A stretch of 64,000 nucleotides of DNA, from contig OZ024756.1 of the NCBI GenBank assembly GCA_964016885.1, positions 44,578,001 through 44,642,000 of the forward strand, given 5' to 3'. Both the position numbers and the translations under genes were made by a program. Positions within the stretch are counted from its first letter, which is position 1, and every line of letters starts with the position of its first letter. The notes beneath the pieces were generated by a model that made no database searches, was not told where the DNA came from, and was given only the letters and a program-made list of their open reading frames with translations. Positions 13,559-28,056 of this stretch are shown one piece after another. The stretch is from Eledone cirrhosa (lineage: Eukaryota).

Positions 13559-15027
13559 CTATATATAGGGCTTAAAGTTTTGGAAGGAATGTCTGAGGCG
13601 GTGCTGGCAAGTTGCAAACACCTCAGATTTTTTGTTAAGTAGGTTACGGTTGGAGAAGATAATATTGTGTGTCTCTAGTATACAGAGGTTACAGAATTTA
13701 TTAGGTGGTTTGTACGAGGTCGCGCTGCCTATCACTTCCCATTTGAGTGTGTATGGTTTATTTTTAGATTTTAGATAGTGTATGTAGCTAGAAAGTGAGG
13801 TGGAGTTGGCTAGGCTGTGCTTTTTGAACGAGTGGATGTGCGAGTTATATCTGATTTTGAAGCAGTTAGAAGTGGAGCCTACATAGGTTTCTGAAGAGTT
13901 ATTAGTCGTGACTGTGCATGAGTATATGACATCCTTGGTTAGGCATTTTTTATCTAAAGGGCAGGTTCTATTAGCTCTACAGTTACAATTATTCTGTGCG
14001 TTAGTCCGCTGGTTATAATGCAATGCGGAAGTCTGTGTGGTGGATATAGGATTTTGGGTGTTCGGGTTGACAACCCTGGTGTTATTACTTATACTAGTGT
14101 TATTTCTATTGTTACTGCCGTTGCTATTGTTGCTTGCTACAGTGGTATTTAGAGGGTTTGCATCCCGTTGTGATTTTGTTTGTTGGAAGTAAGAACTAAT
14201 TTTACTATTATTGCTGCTAGCTATGTGGTATGCTAAGTTAGGCGTCGTAGAGTATGAGATTTTAATGGTGTTTTTGTTTAAGAGGTTGTGGTACTTGTGT
14301 CCTAGAGGGAAGTTTTTATCTAGTAGTGAGAAGAAAGCCCTAGGTATGTTGGTGGAGACATTTAGGTTGAAAGGAGGGTTGAAAAATGTATTATTTCTTC
14401 TTCTATTTTTGCTTTTAGTGTTTGGTGTGTTGCTTCCTCCTAAGGCCTCACAGTAGTTTCCATGGTAATGGTTACTTCCGGTGGCACCCTCCGCTTTGGT
14501 GTACTTGTGGTTGCTATTCCTATTATTAGATTTCCTCATGGACATGTTGTGCGAGATGATGTTGTAGCTATGTGTTTTCTTAGGTAGGAACTCAATTTCT
14601 ATATTATGGCCGGAGCTAGCTAATGCTTGATTGTAATATTGTGAGTTTTTGCTAAATATGTTTGCGTCATAGGACAGACTAGAGATTCTATTGGACACCC
14701 CCTTAGAGATAGAGTTTAATATTGATCTAGGGTGATTAGACTTGGTATCTACGTAAATAAGTTTCTCATTAGGCTTATGGAAAGGTGTATATATTTTTGA
14801 GTCTAGGTATAGTGTGGCGTCTAGGAAGTTAACATTTTTAGTGTTTTTGTCCATGGTGATACTAAGGTTAAAGTTTTTGAATGTCTTATGCAGTTGTTTT
14901 CTAGTTCTTTCTATATTAAATTTTTTATATTCTATGAGTAGAAGTGCATCATCGCGGTACAAACCACCGTTGAGGTAAGGGAGGTCTTTATGGATTTCAT
15001 TGAGGAGGTATAGGCCGACCAAATCAT

Positions 15028-15034
<7 letters not shown>
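13559..15034 (-). CDS. PLE reverse transcriptase (C-terminal half) plus GIY-YIG endonuclease, N-truncated
   Basis: EIYDLVGLYLL, LYRDD, VNFLD, SNHP, FNPPF, CNC.....CPL...C, VIY...TYVGST, CNLC..E and LLNKKSE...CQH, an arrangement typical of Naiad PLEs. Confidence 0.85.
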
Positions 15035-15073
<39 letters not shown>

Positions 15074-15074
<1 letters not shown>

Positions 15075-15400
15075 TAGCATAATACCCGTCAAAATGGCAG
15101 GATGTACAGTAAAATATCTATTTAATTTCATAATATAAAAATGCTTAATCCCCGAAACTTCCGATCTTTGCAATTTTCAATGTTATCAACACCCCGACCA
15201 CCACTACCACTTCTGATACTATTATCTATCTACCAGTCACCACACCACCCATATCTGTAATAGGAGTTTGAGGATGGGTCGGCTGCGAAAGGTCAAAATA
15301 GGAGAAGGACGAGATAGTAAACCATGTAAGATAGTAAGGAAGAGATCAAAGCAGAACAACTTCCGGTACCAACTAAAAATATGAACATTATATATTAGGA
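15074..15400 (-). mobile_element. non-autonomous Helitron (327 bp)
   Basis: Minus strand starts TC (TCCTAATATATAA) and ends CTAG. Subterminal hairpin CCTGCCA-ttt-TGACGGG lies about 10 nt from the end; inserted between A and T. Confidence 0.7.
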
Positions 15401-16246
15401 TATAACTGGCCATGTGTTTTCATCTTCAAAACTCGAACCTGAACAAAGTGTTTTGCGGAAGACCATTACTCGCCTATACACACCGATGTTCAAGATACTG
15501 ATGTTGTCCATGGGACTGGCCTAAACTGCCTCAAACTAGTTGAATGGCCTGGAGTAACATAAAATAATGAGCTTGATCAAGAACACAATACACAACCCAG
15601 TTAAGGAATCGAACTCCCTTACCATGAAGCCACGTGCTTCCACAAATGTGTATATACATGTATGTATATACATTTGTACATGTATATGCATGTATATTTA
15701 TATATCTATGTACATACGATATATATATATATGTATATACAGGCATATATACATATATATGTATTTACACACACATATATATGTGTGTGTGTCAGTGTGG
15801 GCGTATGTGCCAGTTCATTTGTTAATGTACTTGTAAGAGTGTGTGGGGGGTTCTCTGTATGCGAATTGGTGTGCCTTGGATGTGTGTGTTTTGTAATTGG
15901 TGGCCATAAACATGATCTGACACACAGTTTGCGTGACTGGAAAGATATATGGTGTAATTAGTGGTAAAAATGTCTTTGATACATCATATATCTATCTGTA
16001 TGGAGGTGTTTAGATGTAGATATATTTTTGTGAGTTTACTGCGTGGAAACACATGTTGATGTGACGATCTCATTGCTTAATTATTTCAGTCTTGACTAAA
16101 TCTGTATGTACACACCCACACACACATACATACCAATATATATATAATGTGTGTGCGTGTGTGTGTGCGTGTGTGTGTGTGTGTGTCCGTGTGTATATAT
16201 ATATATATGTATATATAGGCTTATATGTGCATATATGTAACACTCG

Positions 16247-16277
<31 letters not shown>

Positions 16278-16449
16278 GCATATATATATATATACATATA
16301 TGAATATATATATATATATATGTATATATAGGCTTATATGTGCATATATGTAACACTCGCACACACATACATATATATATATATTCATATATGTATATAT
16401 GTATATATGTATATATGTATATTCATACATATATATATATATATATATT

Positions 16450-16659
16450 TCTAGAAATAGCCGTCGAAACGGCTTGAGCTCTGCCATCTGGGTCATACAT
16501 TTTCCTATTACCCACTCTAGTGTTCAGACATTTTTCTATTACCCACCGGCAGTGTTCAGGGAGTTTGTAGATACCTGACTTACAAGCATCGTTAGTTTAA
16601 GAGATACACAGGGATTGGTATTCAAAGGATTGAGATCTGCCGTCGGGGTCATACATTTT

Positions 16660-16662
<3 letters not shown>
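16450..16662 (+). mobile_element. truncated hammerhead-bearing repeat with internal duplication, same family as 28057
   Basis: TAGCCGTCGAAACGGCTTGAGCTC...TTCCTATTACCCACTCTA is shared with 28120-28182. TA-flanked. Confidence 0.6.
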
Positions 16663-16707
<45 letters not shown>

Positions 16708-16718
16708 AATATAGATAA

Positions 16719-16767
16719 GATTCTACAGGACTAGAACTGTTTCATTCTTTAGAAATCATCAGGAATC
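16719..16767 (-). ncRNA. type I hammerhead ribozyme, canonical core, in a TA-flanked 16705-17000 insert
   Basis: GATTC-CTGATGA-TTTCT-aa-AGAAT-GAAACAG-ttctagtc-CTGTA-GAATC: helices I and III are perfect, GUA triplet. Confidence 0.8.
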
Positions 16768-16999
16768 TGGGTATCAAAAAATAAGTATGGTATTTATAGG
16801 TTTCTACAAGTGGTAGGAGGGGGTGGGGAGTGGGATGGGTGTAGGTCATTGGTTGATAGAAAAGGGAATTCATTAAAAGCTAATTCTACAAAGCTATAGT
16901 TTATTTTTATTTATTTTATTTTTGTTTTTAGAGTAACAAAGGCAGACAGAATTCTATAAACAGGTTCAGTTTGTCCTCATCAGTGGCCATCCAACCGTC

Positions 17000-18020
<1,021 letters not shown>

Positions 18021-18021
18021 T

Positions 18022-18214
18022 GTCAGGTCACCAGTTGGTGCTACTGGTAACATGTATTCCAGTACAACCTGTCCCATGGTCGGGTCGTTGGCAACTAAAC
18101 TGGCAAACCCACCAAGGTTTCTTGGTGAGGAGGGTGACTTTGGACATCCTGCAGGACTAAAAACAAAACCTGTCAAAGGGAAAAGGAACTCTTAAGAGTC
18201 AATGGCCATTATAC

Positions 18215-18215
<1 letters not shown>
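18022..18215 (+). mobile_element. TA-flanked structured insert, possibly a LINE 5' UTR-derived element
   Basis: GC-balanced island. Long-range helix 18083-18092/18198-18207 encloses several hairpins. Confidence 0.4.
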
Positions 18216-18930
<715 letters not shown>

Positions 18931-19089
18931 GGTGTAGGATGCTTTAAGCGTCCGTAAGCGGTAGGCCGTTTGAGCACTCGATGCTCTTACAGAGCAAAGT
19001 ATGATATCACATAAGAAACGGATAATCAGTTTTGTGACGAATAAAATTTATTAAACATATAACAATCGTTTCTGCCAGAGAAACAATTG

Positions 19090-19140
<51 letters not shown>

Positions 19141-19144
<4 letters not shown>

Positions 19145-19587
19145 AAAGAATAAGTTATTATATATTGGTAAACGGAATAGAAAATGCTGACAAATTGTTC
19201 ACAGTTGAAAAATAGTTTAATTAGGAATAAAAGAGTATTAGTAATTGTATTGGTTAGTATTCAGTTGTGGTTTTAAGTTATTACCGGTTGCGCATTTCTA
19301 AATGCTTTTCAAAAATAATTTTGAGATAGAGCGTCCGTGTTGTTTGCTGAGATCAGAGCAAACAACACGGATGCTCTATCTCAAAATTATTTGCTCTGAT
19401 CTCAGCAAACAACACGGACGCTCTATCTCAAAATTATTTTTGAAAAGCATTTAGAAATGCGCAACCGGTAAAAACCACATTAAAACCACAACTGAATACT
19501 AACCAATACAATTACTAATACTCTTTTATTCCTAATTAAACTATTTTTTAACTGTGAACAATTTGTCAGCATTTTCTATTCCGTTTA

Positions 19588-19592
<5 letters not shown>
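19141..19592. mobile_element. fold-back insert (about 200 bp inverted arms) in (TA)n with hammerhead-like motif
   Basis: 19161-19360 mirrors 19392-19592. Motif TTGAAAA-GCATT-taga-AATGC-GCAACCGGTA at 19436-19474. Confidence 0.8.
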
Positions 19593-19661
<69 letters not shown>

Positions 19662-20857
19662 CATATATGTATGTGTGTGTTTGTGCGCACACGTGTGTAT
19701 GTTTGTTATCTAGATACATGTTGACTCTTGTATATAGTTTTATTCCATTGGTATAAGAGAAATAAATTATTCAAGATATGTAGAGTATTTCCAAAGATGG
19801 AATGTGATGACTGCACTAGAGCTGCCACCATTAAAACACCAAACACAACTCTAATAAGGTACTTCATTTGAAACCGTCTCAATATATGCAGACTGAGCCA
19901 TTACAACAACTACAACAACAACAAAGACTGCTACAAGAACATTGATGCAACATATTTGTTAGCAACTTTACAGTGTAGTGTGAGTTCGACAACTCCATTA
20001 ACATTTTTATGGAGGGGTTATATCTGTTATCTTGTAATATTATAGATCATTTTTATTTTGACACGGTGTGGTTGATATAACACCTTAGTACTGTAGATTC
20101 TTTGTTTATATATACTGACTTCAATATCCAGGGGTGCACTATACTGTCGAAAGATTTTCTTTTTTATTTGGGGTTTGGGGGGTGTTCGTAATCAATCCCC
20201 TGATATGCGCACAATTTTGTTTTTTTTTCCCTCAGTCTTCAATAACTTTCATTCACCGATAGTTATTCTTCACCATTTTACATTCCGTTCTACTCATCTG
20301 GTGCAATACCATTAACTTCCAGATGAGATGTCAGCCTATATAAATGTCAGGGATTCGTAGATTCTTAATAAACAAATTATAGCTATGTGCTTTAAAATTC
20401 CCTACTGTTTTTTTTTTTTGGGGGGGGGGGGTTACGGTGGGGTGGCGGTTCATTTTGTCTTGGAGGATTGGGGAGATTAATATCGTATTCCAATCTTGTA
20501 AGCAATTGGATATATATATTCTGGTCTCTTTAGTAATTCAATGAATGCTTTTGTAATGGTTTCACGTGTATATACTGTTTAAGTACTTTAACCAGAAATT
20601 GTTGACTTTATCACTTTCGGACGGTTTCCAGTTGATGGCAGCAGTCGTGATTGAGTTGCAAAATTCTCCCATGTTTATTATGCTGGGCCAACATTGCTGC
20701 TCTATTATGTTGTTACTTTACATTACGTAATGATGACGTGTTTTACTATCTATATGAGTGTGAGTGTGTAGATATGTGCATATAAGTGTGTAGTATCTAA
20801 ATATGGTTGTATTTAGATCTGTTATTTTTTTATCAGTGTAAGTTCCATTCTGTTTAT

Positions 20858-21117
20858 AATTGTTTCTACATTTGGCACAAGGCCAGGAATTATGAAGGGA
20901 AGGGGAAAGTCGATTAAATCTTCCCCAAGTGGATGGCAGTATCGGTAGAGGGTCGGACGCCATGCTTTGAGGCATAGAGTTACGGCCCTTGCCATTCTGA
21001 GTTCAAATCCCGCCGAGGTTAACTTTGCCTTTCATCCTTACGGGGTCGATAAAATAAAGTACCAGTAATGCACTGGGTAATTGCTGGCCTTGTGCCAAAA
21101 GTAAAAACAATTATTAT
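20858..21117 (+). mobile_element. near full-length SINE (20932-21117, +) preceded by an inverted SINE tail, ending about 24 nt before the splice acceptor
   Basis: A box TGGCAGTATCGG, B box GTTCAAATCC, Nin/Deu-like core and (ATT)n tail. Confidence 0.85.
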
Positions 21118-21140
21118 TATTGTTGTTGTTTCGTTAACAG

Positions 21141-21711
21141 GTGTGTTACAGAAGATGGAAAACTCATAGTCCACCTATACACAGATCGTCCCCAAATGCG
21201 TTTCTTCATGGGTGGTGTCGTCCTTGCGACTGGTGTCATTCTTTTCTCGGTCCATAACCTGGTTGTTAAGGTGTCGCAGTACAGAAAACCAACGCAACAA
21301 ATTCATCACGTGACCATAACGTTGAGTCACGAGTCGGGAACGTCACCGAAAACCAGTTCGGAAGAAGGTGTTCCGTCAGCAGCATTGCCAGCCGGAAGTA
21401 GTTTACTGTCGGAAAATCAAAAGATCGTATCGAGTAACCCGGCTGATTTAAAAATTGGCGTAAGGACCTTTTGTCAGACATTTCCTTTCCACGTGATATT
21501 TGACCGTGACCTTCAGATTACACAACTTGGTAGTGCCCTTATGAAAATGATTGCCCCTGAAATTGCAAGCAAGGGATTGTTTTTTGGCACCTACTTTGAG
21601 CTGAAGAGGCCACGGGTTCGAATGGACTACATGTCATTTCTGGCTCGGCTGAATTCTACATTTTTCCTCAGTATAGCACAACTTTCCAGAGGAAGTGACG
21701 TCATCAATGAA
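21141..21711 (+). CDS. soluble guanylate cyclase subunit (alpha-like), internal exon: end of H-NOX plus PAS/HNOBA
   Basis: Acceptor tttcgttaacAG and donor GAA|GTAAGT. Encodes (R)CVTEDGKLIVHLYTDRPQM...SSNPADLKIGVRTFCQTFPFHVIFDRDLQITQLGSALMKM...FELKRP...LARLNSTF, the sGC FC..FPFH.IFD.DL.I.QLG signature. Confidence 0.92.
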
Positions 21712-21864
21712 GTAAGTGATTGCCGCCTTTGATTATTTGTTTTTATTATCGACCTATTTGTATTTGTTTATTTTTAAGAAAATTGAAATTGAACGTAACA
21801 AATTCAGTAATCTCTAGAACTAAGGAATAAATAATATGCTTCTATGTCATCTATTTTGTCAATA

Positions 21865-22005
21865 TGGCGGCGAATTAACAGAGTCGTTAAAACGTCAGAC
21901 AGAATGCTTTGTAGTATTCCGAGTTCAAATCCCACCGAGGTTCAGTTTGCCTTCCATCAGTTCGCGGCCGATAAAAAATTACCAATCTAGTACTGGTGTC
22001 AATTC
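21865..22005 (+). mobile_element. degenerate SINE copy
   Basis: GGCGGCGAATT...GAGTTCAAATCCCACCGAGG...GATAAAAAATTACCAAT. Confidence 0.65.
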
Positions 22006-22020
22006 TCTCTCTCTCTCTAT

Positions 22021-22112
<92 letters not shown>

Positions 22113-22443
22113 TTCTCTCGAAGAAATCTGCTGAATTCCAATTTCCAGTAGCGGAATTAATTTAGTAATTACCCAACAGATGAGCTCATTCGGTTCAGTT
22201 AATTTGCAGAATATCATCGGACCAAATTCACAATGTAGACTGAAACACATGAGCTGATCTGTAGGATAAATACTTGAATAAAAAAAATATACAACACTAA
22301 TTATTAAACTACATTGAATAGTTGTCCTCTTAGTTTTCTGTCAATAATCTGTTGTATACAGACTGAATGAATTTCGCTCGGTTCACGCGCTCATATATAC
22401 GTGTGTATATGTACACATATATATATATATGAATGTGTGTGTA

Positions 22444-22497
<54 letters not shown>

Positions 22498-22615
22498 AGG
22501 TATATGTATATATATATGTGTGTGTGTGTATTTAATATATATATATGTGTGTGTGTGTTTTTAATATATATATATATGAATATATATATATATGAATATA
22601 TATATACATGAATAT

Positions 22616-22647
<32 letters not shown>

Positions 22648-23290
22648 GAATATATATATGAATATATATATATGAATATATATATATATATGAATATATA
22701 TATAAATATATATATATATGAATATATATATATATAAATATATATATATATATGAATATATATATATAAATATATATATATATGAATATATATCTATAAA
22801 TATATATATATATGAATATATATTTATATAAATATATAATAATATATAAGATCAAAAGATGGTTAAAAGAGTTCCATGTATCTTATTATGCGCATTTCAA
22901 AAACAAATATCATCATGCAATAACATTTGCGTTTTCGTCAGATAAAATAGGGGGACATGATATGAAGGTTAAAACACACTTGTGAATAGTGCAGTTTAAA
23001 TCAACATATCTTATATATTATTTTAAATCAACATATCTTATATATTATTATTTATACTCCAGTCCTACAAACTGTAGAGTGCTACTTATCCGATATCTGC
23101 ATTGCTTTATTGTACTACAATAAAACTCACCTCCTACATATATAAATATATATATATGAATATATATGAATATATATATATATAAATATATATATATGTG
23201 AATATATATATATATATAAATATATATATATATGAATATATATAAATATATATATATATGAATATATATATATATATAAATATATATATA

Positions 23291-24108
23291 TATTGTTATA
23301 CTTGGGGAGGGTCATGTTTGTGTAATATTGCCAGAATTAATAACAGAACACATTCACTGTTTGGTTGGTTTTCGCTTTTCGCTTCTGTGTCTTTTATATC
23401 GGTAATCTAATTTATTCGGTCCTCAATGTTGCCATTGACTGACCAACGGTCAAAAATACAGATACAATATAGACACAAACACATATATATAGTTTATCAA
23501 AGTTCTTTCGTTGCACATCTGCAACATCGTCAGTGGTGCTACTGTTTCCTCCCGTTTCATTGTATTTTCTACGCCATCTTTATTTAGTCTGTTTATATAT
23601 TTATTTATTTGTTTATTTTATTTTGTCTTCTTTGCGCATGCGTTTGCGTGTGTGTATAGTGTTTTGTTTGATGTGTGTTCATGATTGGGTGACTGTGTAT
23701 TGGTTAATGTATTCTATCTTTACTAGTGTGTGTTTATATGTGTTTGTTGTTATTGTGCTTGTGTATGTATTTATTTATTTATTTATCTATTGATTTATTT
23801 ATACTTCTCTTAGGTCAGTGTTGTTTGTTTGGGTGTTGTTGTTATTCCATTCATTCTTTCTGTTTAGCCTTGGCCTTCTAAGTTCTATTTCACTGGCCTC
23901 TCTGATTTGCCTATCTGCTGGGTCATTTCTATGTTTAGATATTAATCTAATTTCTATGTTGTCTATGTTACCGTCGTGTTCAGTACTATACGAACATGCC
24001 AGACAACAACACGACGGTAACATACACAACATAGAAATTAGAATAATATCTAAACATAGAAATGACCCAGCAGATAGGCAAATCAGAGAGGCCAGTGAAA
24101 TAGAACTT
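23291..24108 (-). mobile_element. PLE 3' fragment (GIY-YIG C-terminus, 3' UTR, hammerhead) with a 5' inversion
   Basis: Minus-strand peptide HDGNIDNIEIRLISKHRNDPADRQIREASEIELRRPRLNRKNEW. 23880-23982 is inverted at 24008-24108. Hammerhead at 23495-23538. The terminal part is nearly identical to 28470-28957. Confidence 0.8.
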
Positions 24109-24114
24109 TTAGAA

Positions 24115-24800
24115 TTTTTTTATTCTAAGGGACCCGTATCTTAACAACTACTACCGGTCAAATACAGGCAAACAAAAAGGGGAAGGAAGCTAAGTCAGCG
24201 GGAGGAAGACAGAAATATTAATTTTTTAACTTCATCCTATAAGTCTAAACAAAAATGTAACGTTCCAATTTTCTGCTCACACATTATAACACACTGACCC
24301 CCACTATATTTACCTCTGCTAAGATACGGGTCCCTGTGAACATTTTTTTCGCGCCATTCCTGGCCTGACTGTAGTCTGACATTAATATCGACCTTTCTTC
24401 CTCTTTCTTTCTATCTTTCTTCTTGTAGCCATCAACCCTGACTTTTCTTCTTCTTCGTTTTCGTCCTTCTCTTCTCCCTTCTTTCTGTCTTCCTCCCGCT
24501 GACTTATCTTCCTTCCCCTTTTTGTTTGCCTATATTTGACCGGTAGTAGTTGTTAAGATACGGGTCCCTTAGAATAAAAAAAATTTCGCGACAATCCTGG
24601 CCTGACTGTAATACCGACCTTTCCTCCTCTTTCTTTCTGTCTTTCTTCTTATAGCTGACATTAACCCTGGTTTCTCTTCTTCTTCCTGCCCCCTTCTTCT
24701 CTCTTCTTTCTTTCTTTCTTTTTTCTTGTGGCATGATATTAACGCTAACTTATGTTCCTATCCCTTTCTGTTTTCCTTTATTTGACCGGTAGTAAGACAC
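24115..24800. repeat. unclassified element with about 105 bp inverted arms and about 240 bp diverged tandem units
   Basis: 24115-24218 mirrors 24482-24583. TAAGATACGGGTCCC, CCTGGCCTGACTGTA and TTTGACCGGTAGTA recur. Confidence 0.65.
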
Positions 24801-24928
24801 TGTAAGCTTTAGCCACGTCACTCGAGGGCGACCGGCAAAGGTAGAAGATGCTGGATGGCGGTCGCCCTCGGGTCTTTGATTTTCAGCCCCATGGATTTTA
24901 TCTATTACATTCACTTATTATATTTCGA

Positions 24929-24986
24929 ATACCTGATGATATCACCGGATTCATACGGAACGGGGTCATTGAAATGATCATAGTAT
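24929..24986 (+). ncRNA. type I hammerhead-like motif
   Basis: ATAC-CTGATGA-[imperfect helix II]-GAAATGATCATA-GTAT: helix I ATAC/GTAT, palindromic helix III, AUA triplet. Confidence 0.6.
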
Positions 24987-25179
24987 AATAAACCTTTCAG
25001 GGATTTACACAAATCCAGCCTCCTGTCATTTCTTTATAATATTTAACTCCGTAATAGCACCACCAACTACAAAAACAAAGACGGTTGAACTGCTTTACGT
25101 TGAGTACTCTCTATATTATTACATTGAGATTGACCATACGGAATTGACCAGCTCTATCCAGTGGTGAACCTCAAACCTA

Positions 25180-25369
25180 AATAAATATATATAAATATAT
25201 ATATATATATGAATATATATATATATATGAATATATAAATATATATATGAATATATATATATATCAATACATATATATATATATGAATATATATATATAT
25301 ATGAATATATATATATATATATATGAATATATGAATATATATATATATATATATATTCATATATATATA

Positions 25370-25443
<74 letters not shown>

Positions 25444-25546
25444 TATTTATATATATATATGAATATTTATATATATATATGAATATATATATATATATGT
25501 ATATATATATATGTATATATATATATATGAATATATATATATATGA

Positions 25547-25584
<38 letters not shown>

Positions 25585-25586
25585 GA

Positions 25587-25618
<32 letters not shown>

Positions 25619-25620
25619 GA

Positions 25621-25652
<32 letters not shown>

Positions 25653-25909
25653 GAATATATATATATATGAATATATATATATATGAATATATATATATGA
25701 ATATATATATATATGAATATATATATATGAATATATATATATATATGAATATATATATATGAATATATATATATGAATATATATATATATATATATATGA
25801 ATATATATATATGAATATATATATATGAATATATATATGAATATATATATATATATATGCATATATATATATATATGCATATATATATATGAATATATGA
25901 ATATATATA

Positions 25910-25969
<60 letters not shown>

Positions 25970-26015
25970 TATATATATAGATATGAATATTTATAGATAT
26001 GAATATATATATATT

Positions 26016-26065
<50 letters not shown>

Positions 26066-26091
26066 TAAATATATATATATATATGTATATA

Positions 26092-26173
<82 letters not shown>

Positions 26174-26190
26174 AATATATATATATATAT
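25180..26190. repeat. 1 kb (TA)n array punctuated by GA
   Basis: Directly visible. Confidence 0.95.
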
Positions 26191-26648
26191 ACGTGGGAAA
26201 GTAAAAAATCGGAGAATAGACTGTTAAAACATGTTTATTTAAAATATCACCTACGTACGTTTTGCCCAGTTGGGCTTCTCAAGGGCATAAATAATCACAA
26301 GCGTTCCTTATATTGCTCGGAAAGAGTTTTTGATGTGGATATAACCCCAAAAACTCTTTCCGAGCAATATAAGGAACGCTTGTGATTATTTATGCCCTTG
26401 AGAAGCCCAACTGGGCGAAACGGACGTAGGTGATATTTTAAATAAACATGTTTTAACGGTCTATTCTCCGATTTTTTACTTTCCCACGTGCTTACGCTCT
26501 GCTAACTCTCTAGCCCACTAAATATTAACACTTCGAATATTTAATACTGCCGGCACTAGTATCGAGCACCTTTGGCATACGCTACTTGGCAAATAACTAT
26601 ATGTATCACCTATCCCCCCTTTTTTTCTCTTTCTCGATACGTAAATAC
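26191..26648. mobile_element. fold-back insert (about 140 bp arms plus about 160 bp tail) in (TA)n with U3-A8 hammerhead
   Basis: 26191-26331 mirrors 26348-26488. Motif TTGAGAA-GCCCA-ac-TGGGC-GAAAC-ggac-GTA at 26391-26435. Confidence 0.8.
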
Positions 26649-26684
26649 TATATATATATATATATATGAATATATATATATATA

Positions 26685-26755
<71 letters not shown>

Positions 26756-27030
26756 GAATATATATATATATATATATATACATAAATATATATATATATA
26801 TATATATACATAAATATATATACATAAATATTCCATAAATATACCATAAACGTGGTTCTGTCTTTACGTAATTGTTTTTCACCGCTCCTATTAATGACGT
26901 ATTATATGCGTTTTTTCCCGTTCTTTACCAGCGAACGTTTCCACGAACCAAAGTATCGTCTTCCTGTCTTCCTCCGGTTGCAACGTTTTTTTTAAATATC
27001 CACTTCTGCGTTTGCAGATTGACTTTATTA

Positions 27031-27079
27031 GTTTCAGAAGATCCAGTTAAGGGTGAAAGCAGCGATTCTTTGCTTAAAC
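27031..27079 (+). ncRNA. hammerhead-like motif (CAGAAGA core) in a TA-flanked 26830-27105 insert
   Basis: GTTT-CAGAAGA-TCC..GGGT-GAAAGCA-gcgattctt-TGCTT-AAAC. Confidence 0.5.
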
Positions 27080-27112
27080 TTTAATCTGTTATTTTAATAA
27101 ATTTATATATAT

Positions 27113-27398
27113 GGTCTCTGAATGTTACTTGTTTTATATGGGAAAAGTGGCCACTTTTTCCATATAAAACAAGTAACATTCAGAGACCAACCAGATGTGA
27201 GAAAAACCACAGACCCTCCATCTCAATTCACCTTTTGAAAAGCAAAAGAACTGCGAAACCGGTAAAGGAACCAAATAAATATATATATTTAAAAAAAGAC
27301 TCCAGTTGCATTTTCGATTTCATCTCTTTTTCTTTATACTTTCACTCGTGTAGGACACCTCGGTTATTTTTCAATTTGTAAAAAAAACCTCACTTTCT
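27113..27398 (+). mobile_element. solo pLTR of the 31.5-34.8 kb PLE with a 38-bp 5' fold-back and a hammerhead
   Basis: 27151-27398 is nearly identical to 34578-34826. Palindrome centred at 27150/27151. Hammerhead CCTT-TTGAAAA-GCA..TGC-GAAACCGGTA-AAGG at 27231-27268. Confidence 0.85.
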
Positions 27399-27434
<36 letters not shown>

Positions 27435-27503
27435 AATATATATAAATATATATATAAATATATATAAATATATATATAAATATATATAAATATATATACA
27501 TAA

Positions 27504-27534
<31 letters not shown>

Positions 27535-27535
27535 C

Positions 27536-27576
<41 letters not shown>

Positions 27577-27715
27577 TATATAAATATATATAAATATATA
27601 TATATATATATACATAAATATATATATATATATATATACATAAATATATATATATATATATATATATACATAAATATATATATATATATATGTATACATA
27701 AATATATATATATAC

Positions 27716-27754
<39 letters not shown>

Positions 27755-27795
27755 AATATATATATATATACATAAATATATATATATATATATAG

Positions 27796-27852
<57 letters not shown>

Positions 27853-27867
27853 AATATATATATATAC

Positions 27868-27964
<97 letters not shown>

Positions 27965-28011
27965 AATATATATATATATATATACACACATAAATATATA
28001 TATATATATAC

Positions 28012-28046
<35 letters not shown>

Positions 28047-28056
28047 AATATATATA
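27399..28056. repeat. (TA)n array punctuated by CATAAA/TAAA
   Basis: Directly visible. Confidence 0.95.

Larger units (their letters stand above)
11865..15034 (-). mobile_element. Penelope-like retroelement, Naiad-type, 5' truncated, flanked by (TA)n
   Basis: RT thumb plus GIY-YIG ORF, about 1.7 kb 3' UTR ending in a hammerhead-containing pLTR that recurs at 47025 and 56600. Both ends abut (TA)n. Confidence 0.85.

Noticed and set aside
20932-21020. tRNA gene (A and B boxes)
   Set aside because: No cloverleaf; it is the head of a multi-copy SINE.
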